Assembly (NCBI GenBank): GCA_000004985.1
Contig: GG738856.1
DNA from: Naegleria gruberi
Taxonomy: Eukaryota
DNA length: 64,000 bases
Direction: 5' to 3' (one strand)
Shown piece after piece: positions 10,169 to 20,814 of this stretch (the stretch's first letter is position 1; each line of letters starts with the position of its first letter). The position numbers and the translations under genes were made by a program. The notes under the pieces were generated by a model that did no database searches, was not told where the DNA came from, and worked only from the letters and a program-made list of their open reading frames with translations.

Positions 10169-11451
10169 ATGAAGAGAAGCAGGTTCGGAATATCTTCTTC
10201 ACCAACTTCACTTTCCGAAGAAGAACAAGAAGAACAAAAACACACCAATCTTGGTAATGATGATGAAGAATTTCAACTAGTAACTTTGTCTTCTCCTTCC
10301 AATGAATATGAATCAAAACAAAAGAAGGCTAAATATGATACCAATGAATTAATTAATATTACTCATGATGATTATAATTATAATAATATTACAAGAGTAA
10401 TTCTAATTGATTTGATGGAAATATTAAATACAAATCATCATCAATTAATTAATAATTCAAATAATTCACAAATGGAAGAAATTAAATTCCTCTTCAACAA
10501 ATTAAGGAGGAAAATGAATGGTGGTGATTTTGTAGAACGTGCCTTCTCAACAAACTTTCATCACTCGAGGACAATTATTGGAATGGAGAATGAAGAAGAG
10601 GAAAAGTTTACATTGTGAAAATTTGTTACAATTCGAAATTGGTATTTGTGAGTGGAACAGATGAATCAAAATTAGTGGTCTATAGTTTGGATGATTACAA
10701 ATTCATTAAAACTATTGAATTGGAAACAATGCCAACTAATTTATGTATTGAAGAATGGGATAAATATTCGAATGATATTATCATTTCTGGAAATAATACT
10801 CATGTTTACAAGTATAGTTTAGAGGAATGTATGAAATCAAAACCGAAACCATTGTGGATTTGTGATAAGATTAATTCACCAAATGGAATAATATCTGTCA
10901 GTGATAGGAATAATTCAAACGAAAATTATAGAAAAGAGACCTCTCTTCTCTATGTTTGTGATATGTTTACTGAATTGATTAGCATTGTCAAATCACAAAC
11001 AGGACAAGTCATTGGAAATATATCTCTGCTAAGTGAAATGATTAATGTATCCTGTCCATGGAGTATTGGAATGAATAATTTGGGACAATTCATAATTAGT
11101 GGTCTACAAAACTCTAGCAAACATATTATTGAAATAATTGAGAGACAATTCGATCAAAAAAAGAATCAATACGAGTGGAAATCTATTAAAGTCATTGAGA
11201 ACGAGGAAGACAAGTTAAAATATCCTTTCGGACTTGTGGTAGATAGTGTATCTTTGAATATCATTGTATGTGATAGTTTGAATCACAGATTAATGGTATT
11301 CAAACAAGATGGAACTCTGTTAAAAGTATTTGGATCGAAAGGAAGGGAAACTTTTCAATTATCAACACCTATGGGTCTCTGTATTAACAAATTGAATGGA
11401 GAATTACTCGTGGCAGATTCAGAAAATCATCGAATATTATGTTACAAATAA
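10169..11451 (+). CDS. Acidic N-terminal region + NHL-repeat (beta-propeller) protein; proposed two-exon model
   Basis: ORF 10169-10618 and ORF 10615-11451 are in different frames. A 47-nt GTTTAC...GTGAG candidate intron (10606-10652) joins ...MENEEEEK to NGTDESKLVVYSL. The second part has NHL-type repeats (CDSLNHRLMVF, VADSENHRILCY). The ORF-track start of the second ORF is GTG. Confidence 0.45.
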
Positions 11452-11527
11452 GTGATATTTAATGTACATTTTCTGAATTCAGAAAAATAGATTATTAGAA
11501 TAGATAGACTATAGAATAGGCACATAT

Positions 11528-12547
11528 TTAATGTAAGAGACGAGTCAAGTGTTTCATTCCCTTCACATACTTCACTCCTTCTTCCCCTATTCTGTTGAAA
11601 CTAATATCAAGAAGTCTCAATTGTTTCATTTCACTAATAGATTTGGCACCTTCAGGACCAATTCTATTTCCATCAATTCTAAGATCAGTCAAGTTTGGCA
11701 TTTGACTAATAGCCTTTGCTCCCTCATCTCCAATTTCATTATAACAAATATTGAGTGTGGTTAATTTATCTAGTTCACTTATAAAAATTGCTCCTTCTGA
11801 CCTTAGAGAATTAGTATAGGCTTTCAGATAAGTCAATTGCTTCATTTGGCTAATGGATTTTGCACCTTCAGCACCCAAATTATTTCCACAAATGTCAAGT
11901 TTAGTTAAATTTTTCATTTCACTGATACTTTTGATTCCTTCTTGATCTATATTACTGGAACTGATATTGAGGAACGTTAAATGATCCATGCCACTAATTG
12001 ATTTTGCACCTTCTGCGCAGAGATAATTTGCACTAATATCAAGTTCAGTCAATTTAGTCATTCCACTAATTAATTTTGCACCTTCTGTACCAATTTGACT
12101 CGAGTCAATGTATAGACTAGTTAATTGCTTGAATTCACTGACGATCTTTGCTCCTTGCAACCCAATTTCATTTCCGCCAACACAAAGTTTAGTCAAATTT
12201 CGCATTAGGCCAACAAGCTCCAAATACTTAATATCAAACACTTCCTCTACGGAAATAAATTTCAGAGATGTAAAACTCTCCAAAAATTGACTTTTCCTAA
12301 CAGCATTGAATTTGCTATCGGTAATGTTTTTGAATTCAATTGAAAGTTTTGCACGTTCATTGATCACATTTAAAAATTGCTTTGAAATGAGGGAACACTT
12401 GTACAAGATGAATTTTGGATTTTCAATATAGGATATTATTTCAAAGCAAACATCATCAGAAAATATTTCCTTCTTGCCGAGTTCGGTTTGCTGAGACAAA
12501 GGGGTTTCAACAAGTTCACTCATTTTTTTTGAGATGTCAAATTTCAT
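11528..12547 (-). CDS. F-box-like + ribonuclease-inhibitor-type LRR protein
   Basis: The N-terminus is ...EIFSDDVCFEIISYIENPKFILYKCSLISKQF. It is followed by about ten GNEIGxEGAKxIS LRR units. Confidence 0.7.
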   Translation of the reverse strand: MKFDISKKMSELVETPLSQQTELGKKEIFSDDVCFEIISYIENPKFILYKCSLISKQFLNVINERAKLSIEFKNITDSKFNAVRKSQFLESFTSLKFISVEEVFDIKYLELVGLMRNLTKLCVGGNEIGLQGAKIVSEFKQLTSLYIDSSQIGTEGAKLISGMTKLTELDISANYLCAEGAKSISGMDHLTFLNISSSNIDQEGIKSISEMKNLTKLDICGNNLGAEGAKSISQMKQLTYLKAYTNSLRSEGAIFISELDKLTTLNICYNEIGDEGAKAISQMPNLTDLRIDGNRIGPEGAKSISEMKQLRLLDISFNRIGEEGVKYVKGMKHLTRLLH

Positions 12548-12705
12548 GGAAGGTCATTTTTCTATAGAAGTATGGTATTGATCCAGAGCTTAATATCTCA
12601 ATGAATACTTGATAAAATCTCACGAAAAAAGAGAATATCGTAGAATAACATGTCGAGATTATGATGTACAAAATTTAAGTAATGGTATTAAAAAATCGTT
12701 TGAAT

Positions 12706-12711
12706 AAAAAA
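12706..12711 (-). terminator. Pol III T-run downstream of tRNA-Gly (T6 on minus strand)
   Basis: The plus-strand aaaaaa at 12706-12711 lies 8 nt past the tRNA 3' end on the minus strand. Confidence 0.5.
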
Positions 12712-12718
12712 TAATTTC

Positions 12719-12789
12719 TGCGTCGACCGGGAATTGAACCCGGGTCACGGCGATGGCAACGCCGTATTCTACCACTAAACCATCGACGC
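12719..12789 (-). tRNA. tRNA-Gly (anticodon GCC)
   Basis: Reverse complement: GCGTCGATGGTTTAGTGGTAGAATACGGCGTTGCCATCGCCGTGACCCGGGTTCAATTCCCGGTCGACGCA. The anticodon stem CGGCG/CGCCG encloses loop TTGCCAT. Confidence 0.85.
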
Positions 12790-12950
12790 TTCTTATTATG
12801 CATCAATTGTATGTCACTGTGAAAGTATTATTAAAGTTCGGAAATATCTTTTGGGCAATGAATTTGAATTATTTGTGAAATATTCATTTTCGATTAATTT
12901 TAAACAATCCACTTGATATTTCAAAAATTCAATATATTTACTATTTAAAT

Positions 12951-14013
12951 TTAAGCAGTAACATTGAACAAGGCATGAGTTTCAGCCAAAATTCTGCTGT
13001 TTGGATGCTTAGAACCGCATTCACCTTCACAAGCAGCAGCAACAAATTCGTAAGTACCAACTCCCCAAGAGACTAGAATTGAAAATTAATAATTGTCAAA
13101 TATCATAAATACATACTGTTGTTGTTTGGATCATCTTGAGCTTGGATTTGGATTTGAATTTCAAAAGTACCTGGTTGGAAACCTTCAGCAAGCAATTCTC
13201 CACCAGAAATATCACCAGTGACTGGACCATTACTAATATATTTGATTAATTGTAACTGTTAATCAAAATTACTTACACTTCGAAAGCAAGTTCACCAGTA
13301 CCAGTTTGATTGTAGACTCTCAATTGAGAAACAGCAGTGAAAGTAGTACCCTTTGGAGCAGATTGTGGAACAACTCTAGTATTGAAGAATTGAGCACAAG
13401 TTGGGAGCTTGCAGTTGTGAACTGGACAGATACCAACTAATTGACAACCATAGATAGCATCCAAATCAGCCTTCTTGATCAAGTTAATGAATTCTTCAAC
13501 ACCCAAATAATCACAGACCAAGTTACAGGCAGCAATAGTGAGGGAACCAAAGTTGGACAAGTATGAGCACAAGACACCACAACTTCCTATTGTTTTTGTA
13601 TCAAAAAAGATTGTGTGAAAAGAATTGACAATTCTCAGTAAACTGTTCATGTGAAAAAACTTACCAATAACACCAGAGTTCAAGATAACGTTCAACAATT
13701 GGTTAATAGTTTGATCCAACAATTGAATACACATTGGACACAAGGAGAAACCAGCCTTTGGCAAGGTAACCTTGGCACCAGTTTGCTTGACGGAGAAATT
13801 CAACAACTTTTGAGTCAATTGTTCATCCTTCAAAATATTTTCACGGATTTCATTCTTCAATTGTTGGAAAGTAGTTGGTTGGTGATGATTACGAATAGCC
13901 ATACAGAATGGTGTAACGTAAATTGCCAAAATCATGGCAACCAAGAGGATTTGAGTAATCTTCATCTTAGTGTTTTTGTTTTTTTTTTGAATCAAAATTG
14001 TTTTCCTTGCCAC
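12951..14013 (-). CDS. Saposin-like (amoebapore/naegleriapore-type SAPLIP) precursor with conserved C-terminal Cys-containing extension; 3-4 exons
   Basis: A signal peptide (MKITQILLVAMILAIYVTPFCMA) is followed by LCPMCIQLLDQTINQLLNVIL...LVCDYLGVEEFINLIKKADLDAIYGCQLVGICP, which matches the amoebapore pattern LCNLCTGLINTLENLL...LCTKVLDFGIDKLIQLIED...AICAKI. Introns lie at about 13563-13662, 13208-13270 (GTAAGT after ...AFEV) and 13087-13130 (GTATGT...TCTAG). The terminal exon is ...SWGVGTYEFVAAACEGECGSKHPNSRILAETHALFNVTA with stop at 12951. A paralog is at 47984-49106. Confidence 0.6.
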
Positions 14014-14829
14014 AATTCGCTAATCGCCCCGCCATCTCGCTGCGATTTTGCCTCTGCATTACGGTTGGCGTTGATTACGGCCAGTGTTCTGTTGGGTCAT
14101 TTTGGAATCATTGGCTTGTTCTCTTCCTTGTCTTCTTCGACAAAAGCTTTGTTGTGTTTGGTTGGAAGAAGATAGAAAGTGGTGGCACGTTCGATAAATG
14201 GAGATTTTCAGGTTAGATCTATCAACAGAAGAAGAGATGAAAGGAAGAGGATCGTATTTGAGAAGAGAGGTGGACTCTGTGAATGTATGGGTAATTCGGA
14301 GTCTTTGGAAACAATGTTGCAGCAAGGAAGAAGTTACGGAACCATTCACATGTGATTTGATTGGTGGAATATTGAAAGATGACACTTATTCCGGTCAATA
14401 TTTTGTATTCAATAAAAATAATGAATGGCGCCATTGGTTTCTACTGCTTGCCTTTACAGAAATTGCTCCATGACAAAACTCTTGTTCTGAAATATTTGGA
14501 ATTCGCTTGTGTGAATTTGAAATATTTCACATCAGTGATATCCAAGATATTTTCCATATTCAAGGTGGTTTTTAAATATCAGAAATATTTGAATTTATCC
14601 CTTTCCCGCCCTCAACAAAAAATCTTCATCCTTATTTGTGCGTTCAAGAGAAGATTCAAATATATTTGAGTTGATTTTTTTCACACAAAGAAGATGTGAA
14701 AGAGATTTTTTTTCTTCAAGTTTATTGGATTTAAGATGGAGTTTGGTTTTTTGTTTAATATTCGAAAGTGAGGAAGAAAAAGCAGGAATTTCGAATAATA
14801 GAAAAGAAATTCATCACTTTCAAGAATTA

Positions 14830-15285
14830 TTTAAAAAAATGAATTATACACCATAGCCATTCCTCCTCCAATTCCTGCAATGTTCTCTTCTGATGATTTT
14901 GTTATGAAATTCTATCCTATTTCCATGAGGAAAATGATGGAAAATTTATTCTACTGAATTGTTCGTTTATTTCCAAGCAGTGGATGAAGAAATTCGGACA
15001 GATTTCAATTCAATATTTGAAATAGATTCTCTACTTCATTGGCAAGGTGTTAATTTGCAAAAAGTTGAATGTGAAAAAATTCGGAAAGATTTCAATTAAT
15101 ATTCTAGAAAAAATCAATTTTTGGAATGTTTTGGGAAATTTGGAATTTATTTGAAAGATTTTGCAAAGTTTCATGAAATAATTAAAATGATGAAAAATTT
15201 AAAAAGTCTTTCTATTGGAAATGATTCTATTGGAGAGGAGGATTTGAAATTTATTGGAGAAATGAATCATTTAACTGAACTTGTT
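14830..15285 (+). pseudogene. Degenerate duplicated fragment of the 5' end (F-box region + first LRRs) of the F-box/LRR gene at 18245-18670
   Basis: It is about 85-90% identical to 18245-18670 (…gaaattctatcctatttccatgaggaaaatgatggaaaatttattctact…gaaatgaatcatttaactgaacttg). Indels break the frame, and similarity ends abruptly at 15285. Confidence 0.6.
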
Positions 15286-16260
15286 TGACTGACGATAAAG
15301 AATGTTGGACCCAGTTAGCTATGCATGAATTCCGAGTTAGATTGGAGTTAGATGATAAACATCTTCATCTAAAGGACATCTGCATACCATCCATGGAATT
15401 TGGTGCTCTCACTTTGAAAGTATCATGCTTTGTGTTTATATTCATAATGTTTCTAATAACAAATTGAGATATTACAACCGAATGAAGACCTCTTTTACTC
15501 AATATATATTGTTTGGATGTGTTACTATCTACTATAAGGAGCTTATTGGTGGTATTTCTATGGATTTAAAGACAAAGAATTTCGAAACTGTCAATTATCC
15601 CTTTGGATGAATTTACTCACTCATAAAAAATTGAAACCAAGATGGACCTAATGGCTAATTGGTAATATCAATTAAAAGGGTCATATTATCACAACACATA
15701 CTAAACACTATCTAGTGTATGATGTCAAACGTTTTTTTTGATGATTGGGCAGCAATCATGAAAAAGAGCTTGATCAAAATTTGGCAAGCATCCAGAGAAT
15801 ACAAATAATCCTTACACTAATGAATAAATTGCACAACTGATTCAAATGTCACAATTTTTATATTTTACTATGGACCATTTTCCTGAATTCATATTTCGAA
15901 TGCAAAACCCAGGAACTGAACCACCTTATTGGTGAATCTGCATGGAACCTGCAATTGAAGGATACAAATCTTTATTGAATAAAACTCGATAATTCCGAGA
16001 AATTGATTGGTGGTTGGATATGATATAGTGTTTTGTCTCTTCTTTGAGGTTTGTTTCTTGTTAACTCTACTTGAGATTCGAATAACTATTTGAGCATCAC
16101 AAATTTGGAATTGAGGTTGCTTATTAAAGGTATCAGACCATTGATAATTCTTTGTTAATTTACAATCGGAAACAACTCCATTCCTCATAAACATTCAACA
16201 TATTTTAATTTTTATTTCATCAATGGAAAATAAACATATTTCCTTAACAATTCAAAAAAA

Positions 16261-18150
16261 ATGAACAACACTAAGCGTACCCCTCGGTTTGTAAAGCCGT
16301 TAGCTTTGGTTAATAAAATTGAAGATCAAGGCTCCTCCAACAACAAGCGTTCCTTTGAAAACCCTGTAGGCGAAATGTATTCGGAGGCGACACTATTTGA
16401 TTGTGAATCAACAGACTTATTTTCATGTGTTTCATTGCCACCTAAAAGACGGTTGGTAGAATCGTCATTGCTTAATACTTTTGAAGATACAGATTCTTTT
16501 GACAGACCTATTATTGAGAAATCGTTAGAAATAGTACCTAATACCTCCATTGAAATTAAATGTAATATAGGAAACATACCATCTCTGGACATGAACAGAA
16601 CAGTCGATCTACTTTCTGATAAAACAATAACAAATGATGATACAAGTGCAAGCAACTTGAGAATAGATATAATATCAAAAATCAGTTTGGATACTGTTAT
16701 TTACCGTGATAATATGAATAATAGAAAAAATGTGTTGAATAATTACACTCAGCTCCTTCAGTTCGTTAATGATTGCCCTAATCTTAATGTTCTTGGAAAT
16801 ACGAAAGCTGCCTTTCACATTCAAGTAGAAGGGTATGCCAGAACTGGAAAGACAACTCTTTCATCAGTAGTTCTTCCTTATTTACTATCAAAATACAAAT
16901 ACAATACCTATTCGAAATATAGAACAATACTAATCAATACCAGAAATTTTGAAAGGACTTGTTTATTTGGTGATTACATTCTACAAACCTTGCAATTCGA
17001 ACTGAAGGTTCCACCACCACAATTAAAACCTTTCACACAGGCTTACTCATTTTGGCCTAATTGGTTAGCAAAACATTTAGATCCTCAAACTTTTTATTTT
17101 TTTTGCTTAGATGATATTCAATTATTGAACGAAAATGAAATGCATGAAGCAAAATGCTTTTTCAAATCAGGTTTTAATCCTGAGAATATGGTTGCCATTG
17201 TTACTGGTTCTTCACAGTCAATGTTCTTGAAGAGAATTGCTTCTGTGAGGTCGAATGGTTTTTCCTTAAATGAATGTGTTAGCAAATATGTTATTCCGAA
17301 AGAGATCACATTCAATGAAATTCAAGAAACAGTAACAGCTTTAAAATCAATTAATCAAAATGGATCCCTTACCGTTGATCATATCAAGCAATTGAAAATT
17401 GTTTTTCGAGAAATTCTTCCATCTCATCTATCAATACTTCATCATGAAAAGGAGTATTCAGTAGAAAAATTGGTTAAGGAATACCAAGGAATTTACTTGA
17501 AGGATTTTCCATTTCTGAAAAGTTATGAATTAACTGAATCTGACAAACGAATAATCAAATTTCTACTAAAGGGAGATTTTTCACATTTGGAAGGAAATCA
17601 AAGAATTGCTCCTGAGGGACTTTTTTTCTATATCGAGAAAAAAGAAGATGGCGAGTACAGATTAAGGGATCTAGTGTTGGACAAGATGTTACACTTTTGT
17701 TTCCAAATAGATCCCACATTCGGTAAGGTTATAAGAAAGGATAATCTATCTGAAACTTTTTATTATGATTTCTTTCTTTTACTTCCTGTCTCAGAATTTG
17801 GCAAAACACTTTCTAAAAATATATTCTTTCTTAATAGGTTGACTTATCCATCCTTCACTCCAAATACTAAGCAAATCAGTAGAATGCGTAATGCTTTACT
17901 AAAAGAAGCAAAATATCATTTCACAATTGACAAAACATTCCATTCAATTATTATTGGAGTGAGAAATCATGTGCTAAACAACATTCCCAATTCATCAGTT
18001 GTTTGCAACTTGTTTTTGACTCATTGGTTCAATAATTCCATTTCACAATTTCATTCATTTCTGGAAGACCTCATAGAAGTCAATTCAATCAACCTTAAAG
18101 CTTGTAAAGCACAAAAAAACAAATCAAAAAAAAATAGGAAATGGAAATGA
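16261..18150 (+). CDS. Hypothetical AAA+-like P-loop NTPase
   Basis: The 629-aa ORF has a Walker A motif GYARTGKTTL and a Walker B-like motif FYFFCLDDIQLL about 90 aa downstream. A sensor-1-like IVTGSS follows. Confidence 0.45.
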   Translation: MNNTKRTPRFVKPLALVNKIEDQGSSNNKRSFENPVGEMYSEATLFDCESTDLFSCVSLPPKRRLVESSLLNTFEDTDSFDRPIIEKSLEIVPNTSIEIKCNIGNIPSLDMNRTVDLLSDKTITNDDTSASNLRIDIISKISLDTVIYRDNMNNRKNVLNNYTQLLQFVNDCPNLNVLGNTKAAFHIQVEGYARTGKTTLSSVVLPYLLSKYKYNTYSKYRTILINTRNFERTCLFGDYILQTLQFELKVPPPQLKPFTQAYSFWPNWLAKHLDPQTFYFFCLDDIQLLNENEMHEAKCFFKSGFNPENMVAIVTGSSQSMFLKRIASVRSNGFSLNECVSKYVIPKEITFNEIQETVTALKSINQNGSLTVDHIKQLKIVFREILPSHLSILHHEKEYSVEKLVKEYQGIYLKDFPFLKSYELTESDKRIIKFLLKGDFSHLEGNQRIAPEGLFFYIEKKEDGEYRLRDLVLDKMLHFCFQIDPTFGKVIRKDNLSETFYYDFFLLLPVSEFGKTLSKNIFFLNRLTYPSFTPNTKQISRMRNALLKEAKYHFTIDKTFHSIIIGVRNHVLNNIPNSSVVCNLFLTHWFNNSISQFHSFLEDLIEVNSINLKACKAQKNKSKKNRKWK

Positions 18151-18225
18151 TAATATTCAGGTAGATGAGAATGCGATGGGCTATTGTTTCAGTATGGTTC
18201 AATAAATGACATTTCAACTTGTTGA

Positions 18226-19577
18226 TACCTTTCGAATATTCATTTTAGAAATTATTTAAAAAAAATAATCAAATACGAATCACCATTCGCCTCCAATTCC
18301 ACCAATTCCACAATATTCTCTGATGATATTTGTTATGAAATTCTATCCTATTTCCATGAGGAAAATGATGGAAAATTTATTCTACTAAATTGTTCGTTAA
18401 TTTGCAAGCAGTGGATGATGAGTGTGAAGAAATTCGGAAAGATTTCAATTAATATTAGAAATAGACTTTCGGATTCATTGATAGAAACAATCAAGAGAAA
18501 TCAATTTTTGGACTGTTTTGTGAAATTTGGAATTTATTCGAAAGATTTTGTAAAGTTTCATGAAATAATTACAATGATGAAGAATTTAAAAAGTCTTTGT
18601 ATTGGAAATGATTCTATTGGAGAGGAGGATTTAAAATTTATTGGAGAAATGAATCATTTAACTGAACTTGAATTGTGTGAATGTTTGACCGGAGATAAAG
18701 ATATTAGACCAATTAGTAGAATGTCTCAATTGACTAGATTAAATATTAGTAAGAATGTAAAGTATCATTTAAGCGATATCATTGAATTGAAGCAATTAAA
18801 AATACTAGAAATTGGAGAAAATTTCATAGGAGATGAACAAGTTGAACTACTTTCCAATCAATTGAAACAATTGACCATTTTACGAATTAATAATAACTTG
18901 ATTCATTCGCAAGGGGCTGAACATTTGAGTAAATCGGATCAATTGACTGAATTAGATTTAAGTGGAAATGCTTTAAATTATACAATTGGCTATGAAATTG
19001 CAAAAATTGAACAATTGAAAACTCTTCACCTTAGCAAACTTTCAATATATCAAATGGGATCAAGACGTCCAGTTGGATCAAGATTGAGTTCACAATTTGG
19101 ACAATTATTTCAATTGACCAGTCTTAGTATAAGTAATACTAATATTGGAGATGAGGGAGCCAAAGAAATTAGTAATTTAACACAATTGACTGAACTATAT
19201 GTACATGGAGCTGGAATTGGAAATACAGGAGCCAGATCATTAAGTGTTTTACATCAATTGGCCAAACTAGATATCAGTACTAATCAAATTGGAGATGAGG
19301 GAGTTAGATTATTCAAACAATTATCAAAATTAACAGAACTTGTTGTGTTTAATAATAGAATAGGAGATGTTGGAGCACAACTAATAAGTGAAATTCCTCA
19401 ATTGACCAATCTTGATGTTAATAACAATCAAATTGGAAATGAAGGGGCAAAATCAATGGAAATCAAATTGATGATCAAGGAGCTAAATTATTATGTGAAA
19501 TGAATCAAAGAAAAATTGAACTTTATGGAAATAATATTAGTAATGATTTCAATTATTTAATTGAATTATTGAGCTGA
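18226..19577 (+). CDS. F-box-like + RI-type LRR protein, apparently disrupted (no in-frame ATG ahead of the F-box; +1 frameshift near 19455)
   Basis: The frame opens at 18226 with IFSDDICYEILSYFHEENDGKFILLNCSLICKQW, but the first ATG is at 18412. The LRR units run to ...NNNQIGNEGAKS. The sequence then continues only in the +1 frame as NGNQIDDQGAKLLCEMNQRKIELYGNNISNDFNYLIELLS (stop 19575-19577). Confidence 0.5.
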
Positions 19578-19717
19578 TTTTAGGAATTTGTGATAACTCC
19601 AGCAGTCAGTCTGGCTCCTTAACCCTATTTAATTCTTGTTAGAGGAAAGGGCTGGAGCTATTCTTTTGATAATAGTTTAAATTGTCAAGATCTTTTAAAC
19701 TTTGAAACTTTGAAAAA

Positions 19718-20743
19718 TCATTGAATGAAACATTTTCCAATGGATGATGATTCCAAATCAATATCTGAATCTGGATTTCTAAATGCTATTGATTTGATAA
19801 GTAGTTCTAAAATTTTATCAAAATCATATCCTCTCACTGTTGATGATTCCATATAAGAAATTGCTCCAATTTTCTTTGCAAAATCAATGCCGTCCTTTGG
19901 CGAGACAGTTAGTGTATTTCTATTTCTATAATTCCTCAAATCAGTCATACATCCCATTACTACATATGGAGTTTGAGGAGAGAAGTGAGAAATTAAAGGT
20001 AAAATCTCCTTTTCAATTGTAATAAAATCAGGACACTGATCAATGGTTGGAATATTGATTTGTTGTTGATCATCAAAATTATGAAATGTGCTAAAACACA
20101 AACAATACAGATCCACATCCAATAATGCATTATCTACTTCTGAATTGTTATCTTCACCGGGAAATCTGCTATATTCACATAATTTAACAGTTGCAATTTT
20201 AAGATTATTCAATTTTGATGAGTATTGAAATTGATATTCAGAATTGGAATCCCACGTGTTATGAATTAATGGAATAGTCAACAAATTCTTTTGAATTATA
20301 CTTGATTTCCCACAAGATTTTGATCCAATAAACGTCACTTTAAAAATTGGCAATTTTCTTCTAATTTTCTTCATATTCAACACATCCTGATCCGAAACAT
20401 TCTTTCTAATAAACTCCTCCGATCTAAAACATGATAAATTCGATGAAAATTTCATTTCTGAAATTAAATATTCAAATTTCTTCCTTTCTGAACTAAAATT
20501 TTTCTTCCCAACTTGATCGCACAATAATGAATATTTCATCATGGTTAATAAATTAATTTTCCTCTCATTCATCAATTGTAAATTCTGCTCCGAAAGAAAT
20601 CTTTCATTGACACATTGTGTTAGGACAAAATTCGAATTAATTATTCGGAAGGACAAGATTTCTTCAAAGGGAAGAAAATTCAAAATAGAAAAAATAATTT
20701 CAGAGGGAAGAGATGAAAGGTGGCTTGTTAGGTTTTGTTGCAT
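19718..20743 (-). CDS. F-box-like + Rho-like small GTPase with C-terminal CaaX (CFIQ)
   Basis: The N-terminus is LPSEIIFSILNFLPFEEILSFRIINSNF. The GTPase has a P-loop FIGSKSCGKSS, CLCFSTF, MGCMTDLRN and ESSTVRGYDFDKI. It ends in GKCFIQ. Confidence 0.6.
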   Translation of the reverse strand: MQQNLTSHLSSLPSEIIFSILNFLPFEEILSFRIINSNFVLTQCVNERFLSEQNLQLMNERKINLLTMMKYSLLCDQVGKKNFSSERKKFEYLISEMKFSSNLSCFRSEEFIRKNVSDQDVLNMKKIRRKLPIFKVTFIGSKSCGKSSIIQKNLLTIPLIHNTWDSNSEYQFQYSSKLNNLKIATVKLCEYSRFPGEDNNSEVDNALLDVDLYCLCFSTFHNFDDQQQINIPTIDQCPDFITIEKEILPLISHFSPQTPYVVMGCMTDLRNYRNRNTLTVSPKDGIDFAKKIGAISYMESSTVRGYDFDKILELLIKSIAFRNPDSDIDLESSSIGKCFIQ

Positions 20744-20814
20744 TTTTTTTTGAGAGTTTTTTTTACTTTAAAGTGCTTTACAATAGGTTTTACAATGAAT
20801 GTGACGAATAAGGA

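Noticed and set aside
10615-10617. ORF-track start codons translated as M at GTG/TTG (e.g. 10615, 35945, 36208)
   Set aside because: These are a prokaryote-style ORF-calling artefact. The sequence is eukaryotic, so real starts must be ATG or be supplied by an upstream exon.
14059-14856. Several 60-110-aa ORFs in the spacer after the SAPLIP gene
   Set aside because: They are short, mutually overlapping on both strands and lack motifs. The region looks like a promoter or UTR.
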